A DNA stretch of 64,000 nt from Nitrosopumilaceae archaeon (GCA_965207375.1 OZ242274.1:1248001-1312000), one strand, 5' to 3'; numbered from the stretch's first letter, positions 19,799 to 31,516 are shown. Notes: a model not told the origin generated them from the sequence alone. Numbers and translations: made by a program.

Positions 19799-20164
19799 TT
19801 ATTTTGCATGTCTTATTATCATTCTTTCAAGGTCTGGCCAATTTATGGGCTTGTTGATAAGTCCTGCAAGAGATCTTTTTTTGGCATATTTGTATTTCTC
19901 GTCATCTAGTGCATAGCTTGATGTAAGAACAACACGTGCATTGCAGTCGCGCTTTTGAATACTCAAAAATGTATCATAACCGTCTATCCCTGGCATTCTA
20001 ATGTCCATAAATACAATATCGGGCCGAAACTCAAAATATTTTGTTATAGCCTCTGCTCCATTTGCTGCACCTACTGTAATGTATCCGTCGTCAGCTAGTA
20101 CAAGCTGGCATGACTCTCGAACCTCATAATCATCATCGACTATCAGTATCTTTTTGGACTTCAT
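19799..20164 (-). CDS. stand-alone response regulator receiver
   Basis: ILIVDDD, PDIVFMDIRMPGIDG phospho-Asp, NKP. Confidence 0.95.
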   Translation of the reverse strand: MKSKKILIVDDDYEVRESCQLVLADDGYITVGAANGAEAITKYFEFRPDIVFMDIRMPGIDGYDTFLSIQKRDCNARVVLTSSYALDDEKYKYAKKRSLAGLINKPINWPDLERMIIRHAK

Positions 20165-21411
20165 TGTTCCTCCTGTATTTTTGGAAGATGCACTGTAAAT
20201 GTCACGGGGTTGTTTTGTACCGTGATGCTTCCACCGTGGGACTTGAGTATGTTTTTACAGCTTGCCAAGCCCAGACCTGTACCTTGTAGCCGTGTGGTGT
20301 ATAGCGGTTCAAATATCTTGGTAATGTTTTCTTCAGGTATGGACGGTCCAGAGTCCTCAAACTTCATTATGATATTGTTGTTATCTTCTGTCAGTCTTAT
20401 TGTTATGTTCCCTGTTTTACTGTCAATTGCATCTATTGCGTTTCTTATAATGTTTGCAAAGACGACTTGGATCTTTTCACGGTCACATTGCACCTCTATG
20501 TCATTTTCTGGAATCACCATCGTAACATTTTCTGGAATATCTATCATCTCAATGGATTGCTTCAAAATGCCCCGTATGGATTCTTCTGTTACTGCGATCG
20601 GTACTGTCCGTACATAATTCATGACCTCTTCTATTTGGTGTGACATCCTATTTATACATCGATCCACCCTTGTAATCTCGTATTTGATGACATTATTTCC
20701 CTCATTGTGAGTATGAATTCTTTTCACAGAGTTTTTCATTGCTCCAAGCGGATTTTTTAGATTGTGCGCCATAGAAGCTGCAAACTCTCCTATGGTGACA
20801 AGTTTTTGTTCCTTTATTGTTTTTTCTGTATACCTGCTAAATATTTTCCAGATCATTGTGATCATGAAAATATGTGTTATGACGTTGATTATGCCAAGTA
20901 TTATCTGTAAAGTTATCAATTCAGCTGACAGCATGTCGACTTTATGTCCGAGTTTTTCTGTAAGTTCATCAGATAGTTCAATTAGCTCTTGACCTGCCTG
21001 TTCTATATTTGCAATGTCTGTATCGTATATTGTGTCTTGTTTTATGACATACAATATGTCCGTTTTGTATTTCCCAAACTTTTCCCACATGATGTTCCAG
21101 TCTGTATCAAACTGTGCAGGGAACCTAGATTCCTCCATCTGTGTTGGCGCGATATGCATCCTTAGTATTTCCATATTATCTGATAGTATCCTGATGGACT
21201 CTAGTACCTCATCTTGCGTTTGGTTGTACACGAGTGTATGATGCATCTCCAATAGAACCGTGCTGGTAAGAACTCTATTTTTACCTGAGATGTTTACGAT
21301 CTTTCCTGCTAGACTATTTTGAGATTCAAAGTGCACAATTACTAAAAAGCTTACAATAATCAAGACTATTTGTAGCGATACTAGTATAATTACCCTGTTT
21401 GTCGCCTTCAT
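20161..21411 (-). CDS. membrane sensor histidine kinase
   Basis: Two TM helices, H-box AHNLKNPL, N-box NIIRNAIDA, DSGPSI, GTGLGL; ATGA overlap with the receiver gene. Confidence 0.95.
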   Translation of the reverse strand: MKATNRVIILVSLQIVLIIVSFLVIVHFESQNSLAGKIVNISGKNRVLTSTVLLEMHHTLVYNQTQDEVLESIRILSDNMEILRMHIAPTQMEESRFPAQFDTDWNIMWEKFGKYKTDILYVIKQDTIYDTDIANIEQAGQELIELSDELTEKLGHKVDMLSAELITLQIILGIINVITHIFMITMIWKIFSRYTEKTIKEQKLVTIGEFAASMAHNLKNPLGAMKNSVKRIHTHNEGNNVIKYEITRVDRCINRMSHQIEEVMNYVRTVPIAVTEESIRGILKQSIEMIDIPENVTMVIPENDIEVQCDREKIQVVFANIIRNAIDAIDSKTGNITIRLTEDNNNIIMKFEDSGPSIPEENITKIFEPLYTTRLQGTGLGLASCKNILKSHGGSITVQNNPVTFTVHLPKIQEEQ

Positions 21412-21736
21412 GCTAAATGTTGGTTTAGGAGGTAAAAATCCTTGTCGGTGTTTGTAGTATAATGCCTAATTATGGGGTAGATCGATTTTGTGTAAACGTG
21501 TACATAAAATACACAAGATGTGATTTTGACGTACAATTTAAGCGTGGCACTTTGAGTTCGATCTACCTTATGACTAGTGCAATCCTTGCATAAACTAAAA
21601 GTGTGATAAATTTTACGCCTTAAATTTGCACCGTATACATATCAACAGGTAATGAATTTCTACCCTGTACAACCAAATCATGTTTGTATCCAAGATAAAA
21701 AGAATTCAAAGGCAAAAGAAATGCTTTTGATATGTG

Positions 21737-21837
21737 GTATTTGTCAACGTTGTTTTGAATTTCTGGTAATTTTAGACATGAAATTACTTTGCCGTCAAAA
21801 AATAAAATATAATTCCAGGTGTGACCTCAACACTTGC
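21737..21837 (+). mobile_element. ~101-bp MITE family 1 copy with perfect 8-bp TSD
   Basis: GATATGTG at 21729-21736 and 21838-21845; internal sequence matches the 57335 copy. Confidence 0.85.
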
Positions 21838-21924
21838 GATATGTGTATCAAGAATAACTTTAACTAGTTTACATTATGTATGATTTTTTTTATTTCGCTT
21901 CCAAGTGATTATGTGAAAAGTACG

Positions 21925-22025
21925 GCAATTGTTACCTTTGATTTGAAATTCTGATAATTTTAGGCATAAAATTGCTTTACAATCGCAAAAATAAAAAAAA
22001 GCCTAGGCGTGTGGTTAACCTTTGC
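21925..22025 (+). mobile_element. degenerate MITE family 1 copy
   Basis: TGTTACC...GATAATTTTTAGGCATAAAATTGCTTT...TAGGCGTGTGGTTAACC, same length as the other copies. Confidence 0.6.
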
Positions 22026-22570
22026 AAACATTGACATGCGCGTTTCTTCAGAAAATGGTTTTTCTTTCTAAAATTATCATGTGTCGTTTAAAATTAATGA
22101 CATGTGTGATAAGAATTTCTAGAACTTGAATGTTGGTTCAGTAAGGTATAGGTATTTGATGTAAATTATGTGATGATCTAGTCATCTAGAGCATATAATT
22201 GCAAGCTTGTCTCTGTGAATTACCTCTTGTAATGTAGTCAAAAGAAGAATTTAGTATGTGTAATTTTATGTGTGTTGTGAGATTTTTATATATCGTACTA
22301 GGTAAGCATAAATCATCTCAAGAATTTAAAAAAACTAGTGTGACTATGCATTATTTCAAAAAGAACTTATGGTACTTGTACAAAAGGCATATTCATAATG
22401 GAGTGGAACAAAAAAAAGTATTTAATTATCAATTCTAAAATCATTCTAAAAATTTTATTTCACAAGATCACATTCCTGTTAAAGATTTTGATACAGAAAA
22501 TTTCTCTGTGTACATCTAGGATTGTATAACAAATAAAAAAATAATCTAAACATGTAGAGAATAAAAAATC

Positions 22571-22669
22571 TTAACTGTTAACGTTGTGTCTAGATTTTTA
22601 TTTTATTTTTTTAAAAAATAATTTTGTGTTTTAAAATTATCATGAATTCAAAACAATGTTAACAGATAC
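22571..22669 (-). mobile_element. MITE family 1 copy
   Basis: TGTTAACGT (22576) ... AATTCAAAACAATGTTAACAGATAC (22669). Confidence 0.75.
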
Positions 22670-22944
22670 AAAACAGATCATGTACTTGTTTGCCTCATGC
22701 TTAATTTTTCAATTATATCATCATGTGTTCACAAATTAACTCTTACGTGAAAGTACCATAAGCATTCTACAAAAAACAATTATGGTTCGTTATTTGTACC
22801 AGATGTTATTACAAAAAGAAGCATGCCGTAATTCAATATATGTCCTTATATCACCGTACATGATAGGTGAAAATAATGACAAATGATAAAACTCAACTGG
22901 CAATTCAGACACTTGCCTGGTCTATCTCATTTTAGGTGTACCTC

Positions 22945-24516
22945 ATGAAACTTGCTTCTAGTGCTATAATTTTGGCAACATTGCTTGTAACAAGTGCTGT
23001 ATTTGCAGCATCTCCTGTAGCATTTGCACTTCACAACGGTGACCACTCTGGCCATCCAACTATTGATAAAACCATACCACCACAGCTAAACCTTAATTCA
23101 AAATCACGTGAGCTGACAGTCACCTTTGATAGGGCAATTGTACAAGGCAACGTTGATCCTTCAGAAATAACAATATACGATAAAAGATATAGATCCAGCA
23201 TCTCTCTTGATAATGCCAAGGTAACTCATGACAGTGACAAAAAAATAACCATTACACTATCACAAAGTCAGGCAAACACCGTAAAGTCATTTGATACGAA
23301 CAAAGATTATGTTTCAGTAGAGGGTCCCGATGGTAAATTTACCTCTAAAATTGAGAATTCTGTGCCGTTTGTAGTCATGAAACGTGCAATTTGGGACGAT
23401 GAAACGTACGTATATGGCAAAACCACATATTTTTCACTCAAAATTGTAGATATCGTACCGCTACTCCCATCTGAGGATTCACAAAAACAAATTGCCGCAC
23501 TTGAGGCAAAAAATACAAAATTATCTAGCGATATACTTGACCTTCAAAACGAGATATCAACACTAGAATATCAGATACTCTTACTGTCTACAACACCTTC
23601 TACTATCCTTACAGAATACGCCGAATTACAAAGTAAGGTCAAAACTCTAGAGGCAGAAAAGATCACACTACAAAACAAAATTACAGCACTATCTACAGCA
23701 CCTAACACTCTTGCTACAGAAAATGCACAATTACAAAACAAAGTAACCACACTAGAGACACAAAACGCCAATCTGCAAAACAAAACCGCTACTCTAGAGG
23801 CAGAAAAGATCACACTACAAAACAAAATTACAGCACTATCTACAGCACCTAACACTCTTGCTACAGAAAATGCACAATTACAAAACAAAGTAACCACACT
23901 AGAGACACAAAACGCCAATCTGCAAAACAAAACCGCTACTCTAGAGGCAGAAAAGATCACACTACAAAACAAAATTACAGCACTATCTACAGCACCTAAC
24001 ACTCTTGCTACAGAAAATGCACAATTACAAAACAAAGTAACCACACTAGAGACACAAAACGCCAATCTGCAAAACAAAACCGCTACTCTAGAGGCAGAAA
24101 AATCTACATTACAGAGTCAGATAACTGCACTACAGAGTCAAGTAACTTCACTTCAGAGCAAAATCACAACACTAGAAACAGAAAACACCAACCTAAAAAA
24201 TAATGTAATAATACCTGTTGTAGAAGACCAGCAACAACCACAAAATACAACACAAAATATACCACAGCAACAACCTGAACCAATACCAACACCTGAAATA
24301 GATCCGACCTTAATTGAAGATGTAAAATACCTTGCATCACAAACCCATCATGGTAACCAACATGTAGATAGATGGAACAGAGTGCTTGCAGCATTTGGAG
24401 AAATAGAACATGACAATCCGATGACTGCAGCCGAAGCTGAGGCTAATACCAAAAAGTATTCTAGTCCACTCTGGCATCAGATAGCAGACATCCTGAAAAA
24501 ATTAGAGGCTACATAG
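22945..24516 (+). CDS. secreted protein: N-terminal beta-rich domain, coiled-coil stalk, C-terminal HVDRWNRVLAAFG module
   Basis: Signal peptide MKLASSAIILATLL..., heptad repeats, Q/P linker, C-terminal module shared with 31741..33873. Confidence 0.9.
   Translation: MKLASSAIILATLLVTSAVFAASPVAFALHNGDHSGHPTIDKTIPPQLNLNSKSRELTVTFDRAIVQGNVDPSEITIYDKRYRSSISLDNAKVTHDSDKKITITLSQSQANTVKSFDTNKDYVSVEGPDGKFTSKIENSVPFVVMKRAIWDDETYVYGKTTYFSLKIVDIVPLLPSEDSQKQIAALEAKNTKLSSDILDLQNEISTLEYQILLLSTTPSTILTEYAELQSKVKTLEAEKITLQNKITALSTAPNTLATENAQLQNKVTTLETQNANLQNKTATLEAEKITLQNKITALSTAPNTLATENAQLQNKVTTLETQNANLQNKTATLEAEKITLQNKITALSTAPNTLATENAQLQNKVTTLETQNANLQNKTATLEAEKSTLQSQITALQSQVTSLQSKITTLETENTNLKNNVIIPVVEDQQQPQNTTQNIPQQQPEPIPTPEIDPTLIEDVKYLASQTHHGNQHVDRWNRVLAAFGEIEHDNPMTAAEAEANTKKYSSPLWHQIADILKKLEAT
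23644..24101 (+). repeat. 147-bp exact coding tandem repeat x3 plus 17 bp
   Basis: Units start at 23644, 23791, 23938 and (partial) 24085; 49 aa = 7 heptads. Confidence 0.95.
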
Positions 24517-24732
24517 TCTTGATTATAGAGCAAAAAGCACATGTGTAATGAAAAAGTGCAGGAATTACCAGAAATCATCTGCAAAATTTAGATTGTCTTG
24601 ATTATGCCAATGTCTAAACTCTGAACAATTGTATGAAAAGACAGTTTGTATCAATCTGTGTTTTGTGTAGGTGCTATAATCGGATTTGGTAAGGATTAGG
24701 AAAAACCGTTATAGTTAGAGATAAAAAGCAAG

Positions 24733-25071
24733 ATGTCTGTTCTAAATTACATGTCAGAAGTATCAGAATTTAAAATACAGCAAATCATTGACAATGGTCA
24801 GGCAGTACAGATGAATCTCATCGAAAATGTAAACACAGAGCCAATTTCACAAAAACAGATGATTATGGAGTCAGTTGCAAAAAAACTGGATTCTGAAACT
24901 AGGGAACAAGTAACTCCACTGCTAGAAGCTATTTTGCAGGCACAGCCCACAGTCAAGGTAAAAAGCTACCAGCAAACGTCGATAAATGTGGCCATGCCAA
25001 AAAACCGATATGAACGAATGGGCAGACCACAGGTTGGTGCAATTGTCGACATACAGTTAAAATCACTCTAG
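24733..25071 (+). CDS. hypothetical protein
   Basis: 112-aa ORF (start may be 24751). Confidence 0.75.
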   Translation: MSVLNYMSEVSEFKIQQIIDNGQAVQMNLIENVNTEPISQKQMIMESVAKKLDSETREQVTPLLEAILQAQPTVKVKSYQQTSINVAMPKNRYERMGRPQVGAIVDIQLKSL

Positions 25072-27090
25072 ATGGGATGTAATTTCTGATATTGATTTTA
25101 AGGGCAAAGAACAGCTAAAATTCTTACATACAAATGAAGTTGTTTGCAAGGGATCAAATTCCTTACCCTCAAAAAAGGCAATTGATTTGAGAGATTCTAG
25201 TTGCTTTGGGTTTTGAACTGAGACTAGAATCGCCTCTGGTATGTACTGTTTTGAAATTTCAAATGTTGTTTTGCCATCTGTATCTAGTATTGTGATTTCT
25301 GTTGGTTTTTGAAGATACAGGTAAATGGTATTGAGCATATATCCAAATCCAAATGGATTTTCTGCTGCCATCTGTGCCTGGGATCTGAGTATCTTCTCAG
25401 ATGTGCCAAGATAATTTTCATTTTGGGTCATATGGTATAGTCTTAGCAAGAGGTGTGAGGCAACTGAATTTCCTGAAGGTAGCGATAAATCGTAATTGTT
25501 TTTTGGACGAACTATCAAACGTTTCTGATTATCTGCAGTCATAAAGAAACTGTTACTTTGTTCATCCCAAAAGTGCTCCAACAGGTAATTGGCAAGCTCT
25601 TGTGCCTTGTTCAGATAAACTATGTCAGGACAGATTTCAAAAACATCAAGCAGGGAGCTAGCATAATACGCATAATCTTCTAGATATCCTGCGATTTTGG
25701 CATTGCCATTTTTGCAGGTACGCACAAGTGTTTTATCTTTGAATAAATTTTTCTCAATAAATGAAATACATCTTTTGGCAGCATCTAAATATCTAGAATC
25801 CCCAGTAACCCGATATCCTTTTGCAAATGCAGTAATCATCAACGCATTCCAGGAGGTCAAAATTTTGTCATCTAATCCAGGTGCAATGCGATGATTTCTT
25901 ACCTCTAGTAATTTTTGAGTGCAACGGTGCAGTAATTTTCGTATATCTTGTTCTTTTATGCCGCTTTGAAACGCCACAGTAGAAATATTTAGATTATTGC
26001 ACAGAATGGTATTGCCTTCCCAGTTGCCTCCATCAGTTACATCATAATACAGACAAAATGTTTCTGCATCATTTCCTAGGATTTGCTGTATTTCACTTTT
26101 CTTCCAGACGTAAAATTTTCCCTCTACGCCCTCTGAATCTGCATCCTGTGCAGAATAAAATCCTCCATCTGGACAGGTCATTTCACGTAAAACATAGTCT
26201 AATGTCTTTTGTAGTATTTCTAAATATACAGAGTCTTTGGTAATCTGATAGGCTTCTGCATAATTAATTGGAATCAGGGCATTGTCATAAAGCATTTTTT
26301 CAAAATGAGGAACCAGCCATCTTGCATCAGTGGAATATCTGTGAAATCCTCCTCCAATCTGATCAAATATTCCGCCACGTGCCATTTTGTTTAGAGTCTT
26401 TAATGCAAATTCTTGGAATTTGGAGATTCCAGATAATTTTGCATATTTGAACATAAAAGAAATGTTTGCAGCATTGGGAAATTTGGGAGCAGAGCCGAAT
26501 CCGCCATGAGTCGTATCGCCTAACTGTAGCAGGTTCATTGCTGCCTCATCTAAAATTGTTTTTTCAATGTCAGAGGTCTCTAGTTTTTCAGTACGGTCAA
26601 GATTCTGTATGAAATTTTCTGCAGACTGTTTTATGTCATTGGGTTTTTCCTTCCATGCCTGGGACAATTGCCCAAGTATGCTTCCAAATCCCGGTCTGCC
26701 ATATGTATCCAAAATTGGAAAGTATGTTCCTACATAAAACGGCTTTTGGTCTGGGGTCAAAAATACACTCAATGGCCAGCCTCCCTGACCTGTTGCAATT
26801 TGACATGCCTTTTGATAAATATCGTCAATATCTGGACGCTCTTCTCTGTCTACTTTGATGTTGATAAAATTTTCATTCATGACTTTGGCAATTTCCTCGT
26901 TTTCAAAGGATTCGTGAGCCATTACGTGACACCAGTGACACGAGCTATATCCGATGCTTAGGAAAATTGGTTTATTTTCATTTTTGGCCTTTTCAAGTAT
27001 ATCATCATTCCAAGAATGCCAATCTACTGGATTGTGGGCATGTTGTAAGAGGTATGGACTAGTTTCGTCAATAAGGTTGTTTTCTGCCAC
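25063..27090 (-). CDS. thioredoxin-domain/six-hairpin protein (YyaL/DUF255 family)
   Basis: [45 protein letters not shown]. Confidence 0.95.
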   Translation of the reverse strand: MAENNLIDETSPYLLQHAHNPVDWHSWNDDILEKAKNENKPIFLSIGYSSCHWCHVMAHESFENEEIAKVMNENFINIKVDREERPDIDDIYQKACQIATGQGGWPLSVFLTPDQKPFYVGTYFPILDTYGRPGFGSILGQLSQAWKEKPNDIKQSAENFIQNLDRTEKLETSDIEKTILDEAAMNLLQLGDTTHGGFGSAPKFPNAANISFMFKYAKLSGISKFQEFALKTLNKMARGGIFDQIGGGFHRYSTDARWLVPHFEKMLYDNALIPINYAEAYQITKDSVYLEILQKTLDYVLREMTCPDGGFYSAQDADSEGVEGKFYVWKKSEIQQILGNDAETFCLYYDVTDGGNWEGNTILCNNLNISTVAFQSGIKEQDIRKLLHRCTQKLLEVRNHRIAPGLDDKILTSWNALMITAFAKGYRVTGDSRYLDAAKRCISFIEKNLFKDKTLVRTCKNGNAKIAGYLEDYAYYASSLLDVFEICPDIVYLNKAQELANYLLEHFWDEQSNSFFMTADNQKRLIVRPKNNYDLSLPSGNSVASHLLLRLYHMTQNENYLGTSEKILRSQAQMAAENPFGFGYMLNTIYLYLQKPTEITILDTDGKTTFEISKQYIPEAILVSVQNPKQLESLKSIAFFEGKEFDPLQTTSFVCKNFSCSLPLKSISEITSHLE

Positions 27091-27439
27091 AAACTTTGTA
27101 AATTGTAATTGGTATTTGTATCTACGCTGTTTGGGTACAAGAAACTAAGTCTAATCTAGTTATGATACAGGCAAGACGAAGCTGCCTTTTTTGTATTTTC
27201 ATTTGATATAATTTGCAGTATCGCGCCACTTGATCTTGTAGATACAATATTTGAAATTATGTATAGTATGAGTTTTAATTGGACAGCCTTCAGAGACAGT
27301 CTGAGTTTATGATGTGTGGTATTGACTGTAAAAATTATGGATTTGGTATTTTTATGGATACAAAAATCTACATGTTTCAATATGACTTTTTAAAAAGTTT
27401 CAATAGAAATTATTTTGTTAAATGCGTTACATCTGGGTT

Positions 27440-27667
27440 TTAGATTCCCTCTCTTCCTTCCTCTAACTCGTAAACTCTGACATTAATTTTTGCCAGCAAT
27501 TTCATTTTGGATTTGTTTGCCTTTTTATCGTGACTGTAATCTTTTTTTTGTATTAGCTCCTCTAACCGTTTTAGCTGACTATAGTCAAGGGACTTTAAGC
27601 TTTGTTCACTGACAATTTTTAACAGAGTTACTCTTTCCATATCTTCTGAAGAGATCTTATCTGTCAT
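27440..27667 (-). CDS. hypothetical protein
   Basis: 75-aa charged helical ORF. Confidence 0.7.
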   Translation of the reverse strand: MTDKISSEDMERVTLLKIVSEQSLKSLDYSQLKRLEELIQKKDYSHDKKANKSKMKLLAKINVRVYELEEGREGI

Positions 27668-28226
27668 CTCAATTCCTGTTCCAATTTACATAACGTATCA
27701 GTTACAGGAAATGATTTTTCAAGTTTGTATGTTTTAAAATTTAGTTTTTGTTTTGTTTTGGAGCATATGTTTATAGGTGTAATGTATACTGTACAGAAAT
27801 TAATTTTTTGTATTGTATTTATTCTAAAACCCTGCATTGTACACAGTATTTTGTATTGTTTGTACTGTGTGATTATGATGTTCCATGCAGTCGTAATCTG
27901 AAATCTCAAGGTTTGTAAAATATCATAAAAAACTGTTGGCAGACTATTTTCCATTATACCTTTCATGATATGGTGTTTAACAAGTACATTTTAAACTTGA
28001 ACTGATAAGCTCCTGCTAGTTTTGACTGTGTAATTGTCAAATTGTATGACACAAAGATGGTTCAAGATTCTCTCTACCGTAGAGCCTTTTCTGACTGTTT
28101 GATTTTTGAATTTATATGAAAATTTCATGTGTATCTCTGCGATCTAGTATACGTCTTTACAAAACATCAAATAACTAGCGTAAAATCAGGGTTAATCTAA
28201 TATGTGCAAAAAAGCCAGCCATCATT

Positions 28227-29264
28227 ATGTCAGAAAAAATGAGAGCCATGGTTTTAGAAAAACTAGGGCCTATAGAATCAAAACCCTTAAAGCTATCAGA
28301 AATTGAAAAACACCAAATTAAAAGACCAAACGAAATTCTAATCAAAATTCAGGCATGCGGTGTGTGCCATTCGCAATTGCATGGAATAGAGGGGGATTGG
28401 AAGGAGTTAGGAATTCCCCCACAACTTCCAACTGTCCCAGGCCATGAGGTGGTAGGCACAGTTGTCGAGATAGGAAAGGACGTAACAAAATTCAAGCTAG
28501 GAGAACGCGCAGGCATCTCGCCACTGTTGGAGGCATGTCAAAAATGCAGTTACTGCCTAGAGGGAAAGGAAAATCTATGTGAGGACTCTGAGGTTTTAGG
28601 TGAGACTCTGAGGGGTGGATATTCTGAATATGTTACAGTATCTGAGGATTTTGCAGTAAAGGTACCTGATGCCATGAATCCTGAATATGCAGCACCACTT
28701 TTTTGTGCAGGTATCACTGCCTACAAGGCAGTAAAGGCTGCCGAGCCCGAACTAGGAAAGAAGGTAGGAATTTTTGGTATAGGTGGGGTAGGACACATGG
28801 CAGTACAATTTGCCAAGGTTGAAGGATTTGATATAACTGCCATTTCAAGAACACAAAAACATCTAGATATTGCAAAAAAATTAGGTGCAACCCATACAAT
28901 AGTGTATAATCAAAATCAAGATACGGTGCTGTCTGGACTAAAAAATACTGTAGGATTACTTGATGTGGCGATTGTTTTTGCACCCTCTGATCACGTAACT
29001 GATACTGCAATAAAATCTGTAAAGAAGGGAGGTCTGATAGTAATTGCAACAATTGGACAAATCAAGGGCTTTGTTGCATTTGAAGAAAAAACAATTCGAG
29101 GCACATTGATTGGATCAATACACGACATGAAACAGGTAATCAAAATCGCACAAGAATATCATCTTGAGGTAATATCTGAGACGTATCCGCTAGAGGAGGC
29201 AAATGAGGTCCTAGAAAAACTCAAAAACTCACAAATAGACGCAAGAGCCGTCCTTGTACCGTAG
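28227..29264 (+). CDS. zinc-dependent alcohol dehydrogenase (MDR family)
   Basis: CGVCHS, GHEVVG, structural Zn C..C..C.......C, GIGGVG. Confidence 0.95.
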   Translation: MSEKMRAMVLEKLGPIESKPLKLSEIEKHQIKRPNEILIKIQACGVCHSQLHGIEGDWKELGIPPQLPTVPGHEVVGTVVEIGKDVTKFKLGERAGISPLLEACQKCSYCLEGKENLCEDSEVLGETLRGGYSEYVTVSEDFAVKVPDAMNPEYAAPLFCAGITAYKAVKAAEPELGKKVGIFGIGGVGHMAVQFAKVEGFDITAISRTQKHLDIAKKLGATHTIVYNQNQDTVLSGLKNTVGLLDVAIVFAPSDHVTDTAIKSVKKGGLIVIATIGQIKGFVAFEEKTIRGTLIGSIHDMKQVIKIAQEYHLEVISETYPLEEANEVLEKLKNSQIDARAVLVP

Positions 29265-29273
29265 TGAAACATT

Positions 29274-29426
29274 ATGAACTGTCATAGATGTCATCATATG
29301 GATCGGGCTCATTTGGAATCTGATAAAAGCGATTCGTTAATGAAACTTGGACAGTGTCAGATTCCAGATTGTACCTGTAGACAATATGCTGACGGAATTC
29401 AAAAAATTGATGAGGATTTACTTTGA
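29274..29426 (+). CDS. 50-aa Cys/His-rich microprotein
   Basis: MNCHRCHHMDRAH...GQCQIPDCTCRQY...DEDLL; fills the gap between two co-directional genes. Confidence 0.75.
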   Translation: MNCHRCHHMDRAHLESDKSDSLMKLGQCQIPDCTCRQYADGIQKIDEDLL

Positions 29427-29455
29427 TTCATATGGAATAGGGTGGAAAAAATAAC

Positions 29456-29692
29456 ATGAAAAAGCATGCACCTGCACAGGAAATGAAAAAAGATCTTGAC
29501 GACCTGCTATCAAAAATCAATGCGTTGGAGGTAATAGCTGTAGATTCACACCAGAAAGGCACAGTAAAGGTACTACGGGCACTAACTGAGGGTCAAATTC
29601 ATGCAATCAATGAATTTGAGCATCTCAAAAAGGCAATTGATCTAGTGACTCTGCAACTATTTGATGTGCAAAAAAAGATCAATTCACTTTAA
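29456..29692 (+). CDS. hypothetical coiled-coil protein
   Basis: 78-aa helical ORF. Confidence 0.75.
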   Translation: MKKHAPAQEMKKDLDDLLSKINALEVIAVDSHQKGTVKVLRALTEGQIHAINEFEHLKKAIDLVTLQLFDVQKKINSL

Positions 29693-30166
29693 ACGGGTGT
29701 CACTAATTCCACAACTGGCACATTTGTAGAGGTTGCTTTTTTCAAGCTCTTTTTCTAGCGACATGCCTGCACCACAACATGCACATTTGATATCTGTTGC
29801 ATGTTTTTCAAAAGGTGTTTCAGAGGATGATTGTTCTGTGTCTTTACCGTTGCAGACAGGCCTGTATTTTGATATTATTTTCTCGACTATGTTTTGTCTA
29901 GACTGTGGGGATGAGTCAAACATGGGATATATTGCAACATGTAGATTCTTTTCGGTTCTAGCGTGACTCACCCAGCACTTGAATCTTGAATTCTTTGTGA
30001 AAAATCCTACATCATCGGACTTTGTACACTGATCCACATAGATCAATGAGAACTTTTCCCCATCTTTACCAAGTAATATGTATACTATCTCCTCCATGGG
30101 CGGACCCCATTCGTCAAGTTGGATGGGCCCCATGAATTCATAATGAAGGATTTGAATACTCAACAA
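29684..30166 (-). CDS. hypothetical protein with C-terminal zinc ribbon
   Basis: CACCG...CASCG at the C-terminus; N-terminal part loosely GIY-YIG-like. Confidence 0.75.
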   Translation of the reverse strand: MLSIQILHYEFMGPIQLDEWGPPMEEIVYILLGKDGEKFSLIYVDQCTKSDDVGFFTKNSRFKCWVSHARTEKNLHVAIYPMFDSSPQSRQNIVEKIISKYRPVCNGKDTEQSSSETPFEKHATDIKCACCGAGMSLEKELEKSNLYKCASCGISDTRLK

Positions 30167-30263
30167 CTAGTATTATTTAGTGTCAGTTTTACACCTTTCT
30201 GATATTTTCATCCTCTATTGCCACTTGAAAAGAATAAATGCGACATGCTTGGATGTTTGCTAA

Positions 30264-30518
30264 ATGGTAGAAAAAGATCCTCACAACTATAGATCAGTTG
30301 GATGGGCCATGATCACAGTTGCTGCCGGACTAGCAGGAATAGGTTTGATTGCACTTTTTATAGGGGGCGATGTGCTGTATTCGGACAACTTTCAGAGGGC
30401 AAAGACTGCAGAGTTTAATCACTGTAAAAGCATAAATTTTGAAAGTAACATATGTGACAAATATTTGGATCGAATCAATACCGAAATTTCTGACGTATTC
30501 GTTGACGACAGGGGCTAG
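30264..30518 (+). CDS. small membrane-anchored protein
   Basis: One TM helix and a Cys pair. Confidence 0.7.
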   Translation: MVEKDPHNYRSVGWAMITVAAGLAGIGLIALFIGGDVLYSDNFQRAKTAEFNHCKSINFESNICDKYLDRINTEISDVFVDDRG

Positions 30519-31183
30519 TAACCATTTGCAAAATCCTCCCACGAATTGAGATTCTTTGTCAGTTTATTCATGGCAAAAAATGCACCGCCTATAATTCCTG
30601 CCTGATAAAATGTATACAAAAATACACCTGCGTTTGTAGGATCGGATTTGGAAAAACTCAAGACCAGCATTGAAAAGAATGTAAACGTACCAACGCATGT
30701 AATCAAACGGTTCAAAAATCCTGCATTCATTCCTACGATTTTTTTGGTAGCAGCTGCCATCAGGGCAATGCTGGAAATTATAAGAAATGTCGCACCGCCA
30801 TTTGCAGTAACAAAGTCACTTATCCATGGCAAAAGACCGTCTCCTAAGATTGTCATTTCCGGCATGACGCTTCCTCCATTTAAGGCAAAGTTAACCGAAC
30901 TAAACAGGCCTCCTATAACGAAGAAAAACAAAAATATTTTCACTATAGAACGCTTAATCGGACTACGTGTTTCTGATGGTCTTATGGCCCGTTCTGTAAT
31001 TTTTATGCCATAAAGAAAGCCGACTGCCATGGCAGGTACAAACATAATATTTATCAAAATTGGAGATTCTTGGTTGATTTTGTCGATTTCAGGATGAAAT
31101 ATCAAAAACAACAATATTGCCATGGCAGCAGAAGCCACAAACAGTATCAAATTAAGATATGTAGGACGTTGCGAGTCTGACAT
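30515..31183 (-). CDS. multi-pass membrane protein
   Basis: About six hydrophobic segments; ATG 31183 preferred. Confidence 0.8.
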   Translation of the reverse strand: MSDSQRPTYLNLILFVASAAMAILLFLIFHPEIDKINQESPILINIMFVPAMAVGFLYGIKITERAIRPSETRSPIKRSIVKIFLFFFVIGGLFSSVNFALNGGSVMPEMTILGDGLLPWISDFVTANGGATFLIISSIALMAAATKKIVGMNAGFLNRLITCVGTFTFFSMLVLSFSKSDPTNAGVFLYTFYQAGIIGGAFFAMNKLTKNLNSWEDFANGY

Positions 31184-31297
31184 GTCTCGTTCCCAATTGT
31201 ACACAGTATATTGTCACAAAACAACGATTAAAGAAACAACAAAAAATCATTTATGTAAACAATTCAATTCTGTTTACCTTTTTAACTGCCAAATGCT

Positions 31298-31516
31298 ATG
31301 TTTTGTGTGAAAATAGCGCATATTCTAGTTGTGGGGGGTGGTTTTGTAGTGTTGTTTGGTTCAGTTTTTCACCTTCAAGGCCTCTCAATTGTAGGTCCGG
31401 AGGCCTCGTTTATGTACTCAAATCCAAACTGGGTAACGTACGGTTTTCAGATGATAGTTTTAGGTGTAGTAGCTATCTGCGCAGGATTGGCAATTTGGTT
31501 AAAAATCAGACGATAA
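31298..31516 (+). CDS. small two-TM membrane protein
   Basis: Two hydrophobic helices around GPEASFMYSNPNW. Confidence 0.7.
   Translation: MFCVKIAHILVVGGGFVVLFGSVFHLQGLSIVGPEASFMYSNPNWVTYGFQMIVLGVVAICAGLAIWLKIRR

Noticed and set aside
23571-24077. 168-aa minus-strand Cys/Val-rich ORF
   Set aside because: Antisense shadow of the 147-bp coiled-coil repeat
27664-27966. 100-aa minus-strand ORF and similar intergenic ORFs (21652..21867, 22256..22438, 27156..27380)
   Set aside because: Atypical composition, and several overlap dispersed repeats; probably spurious
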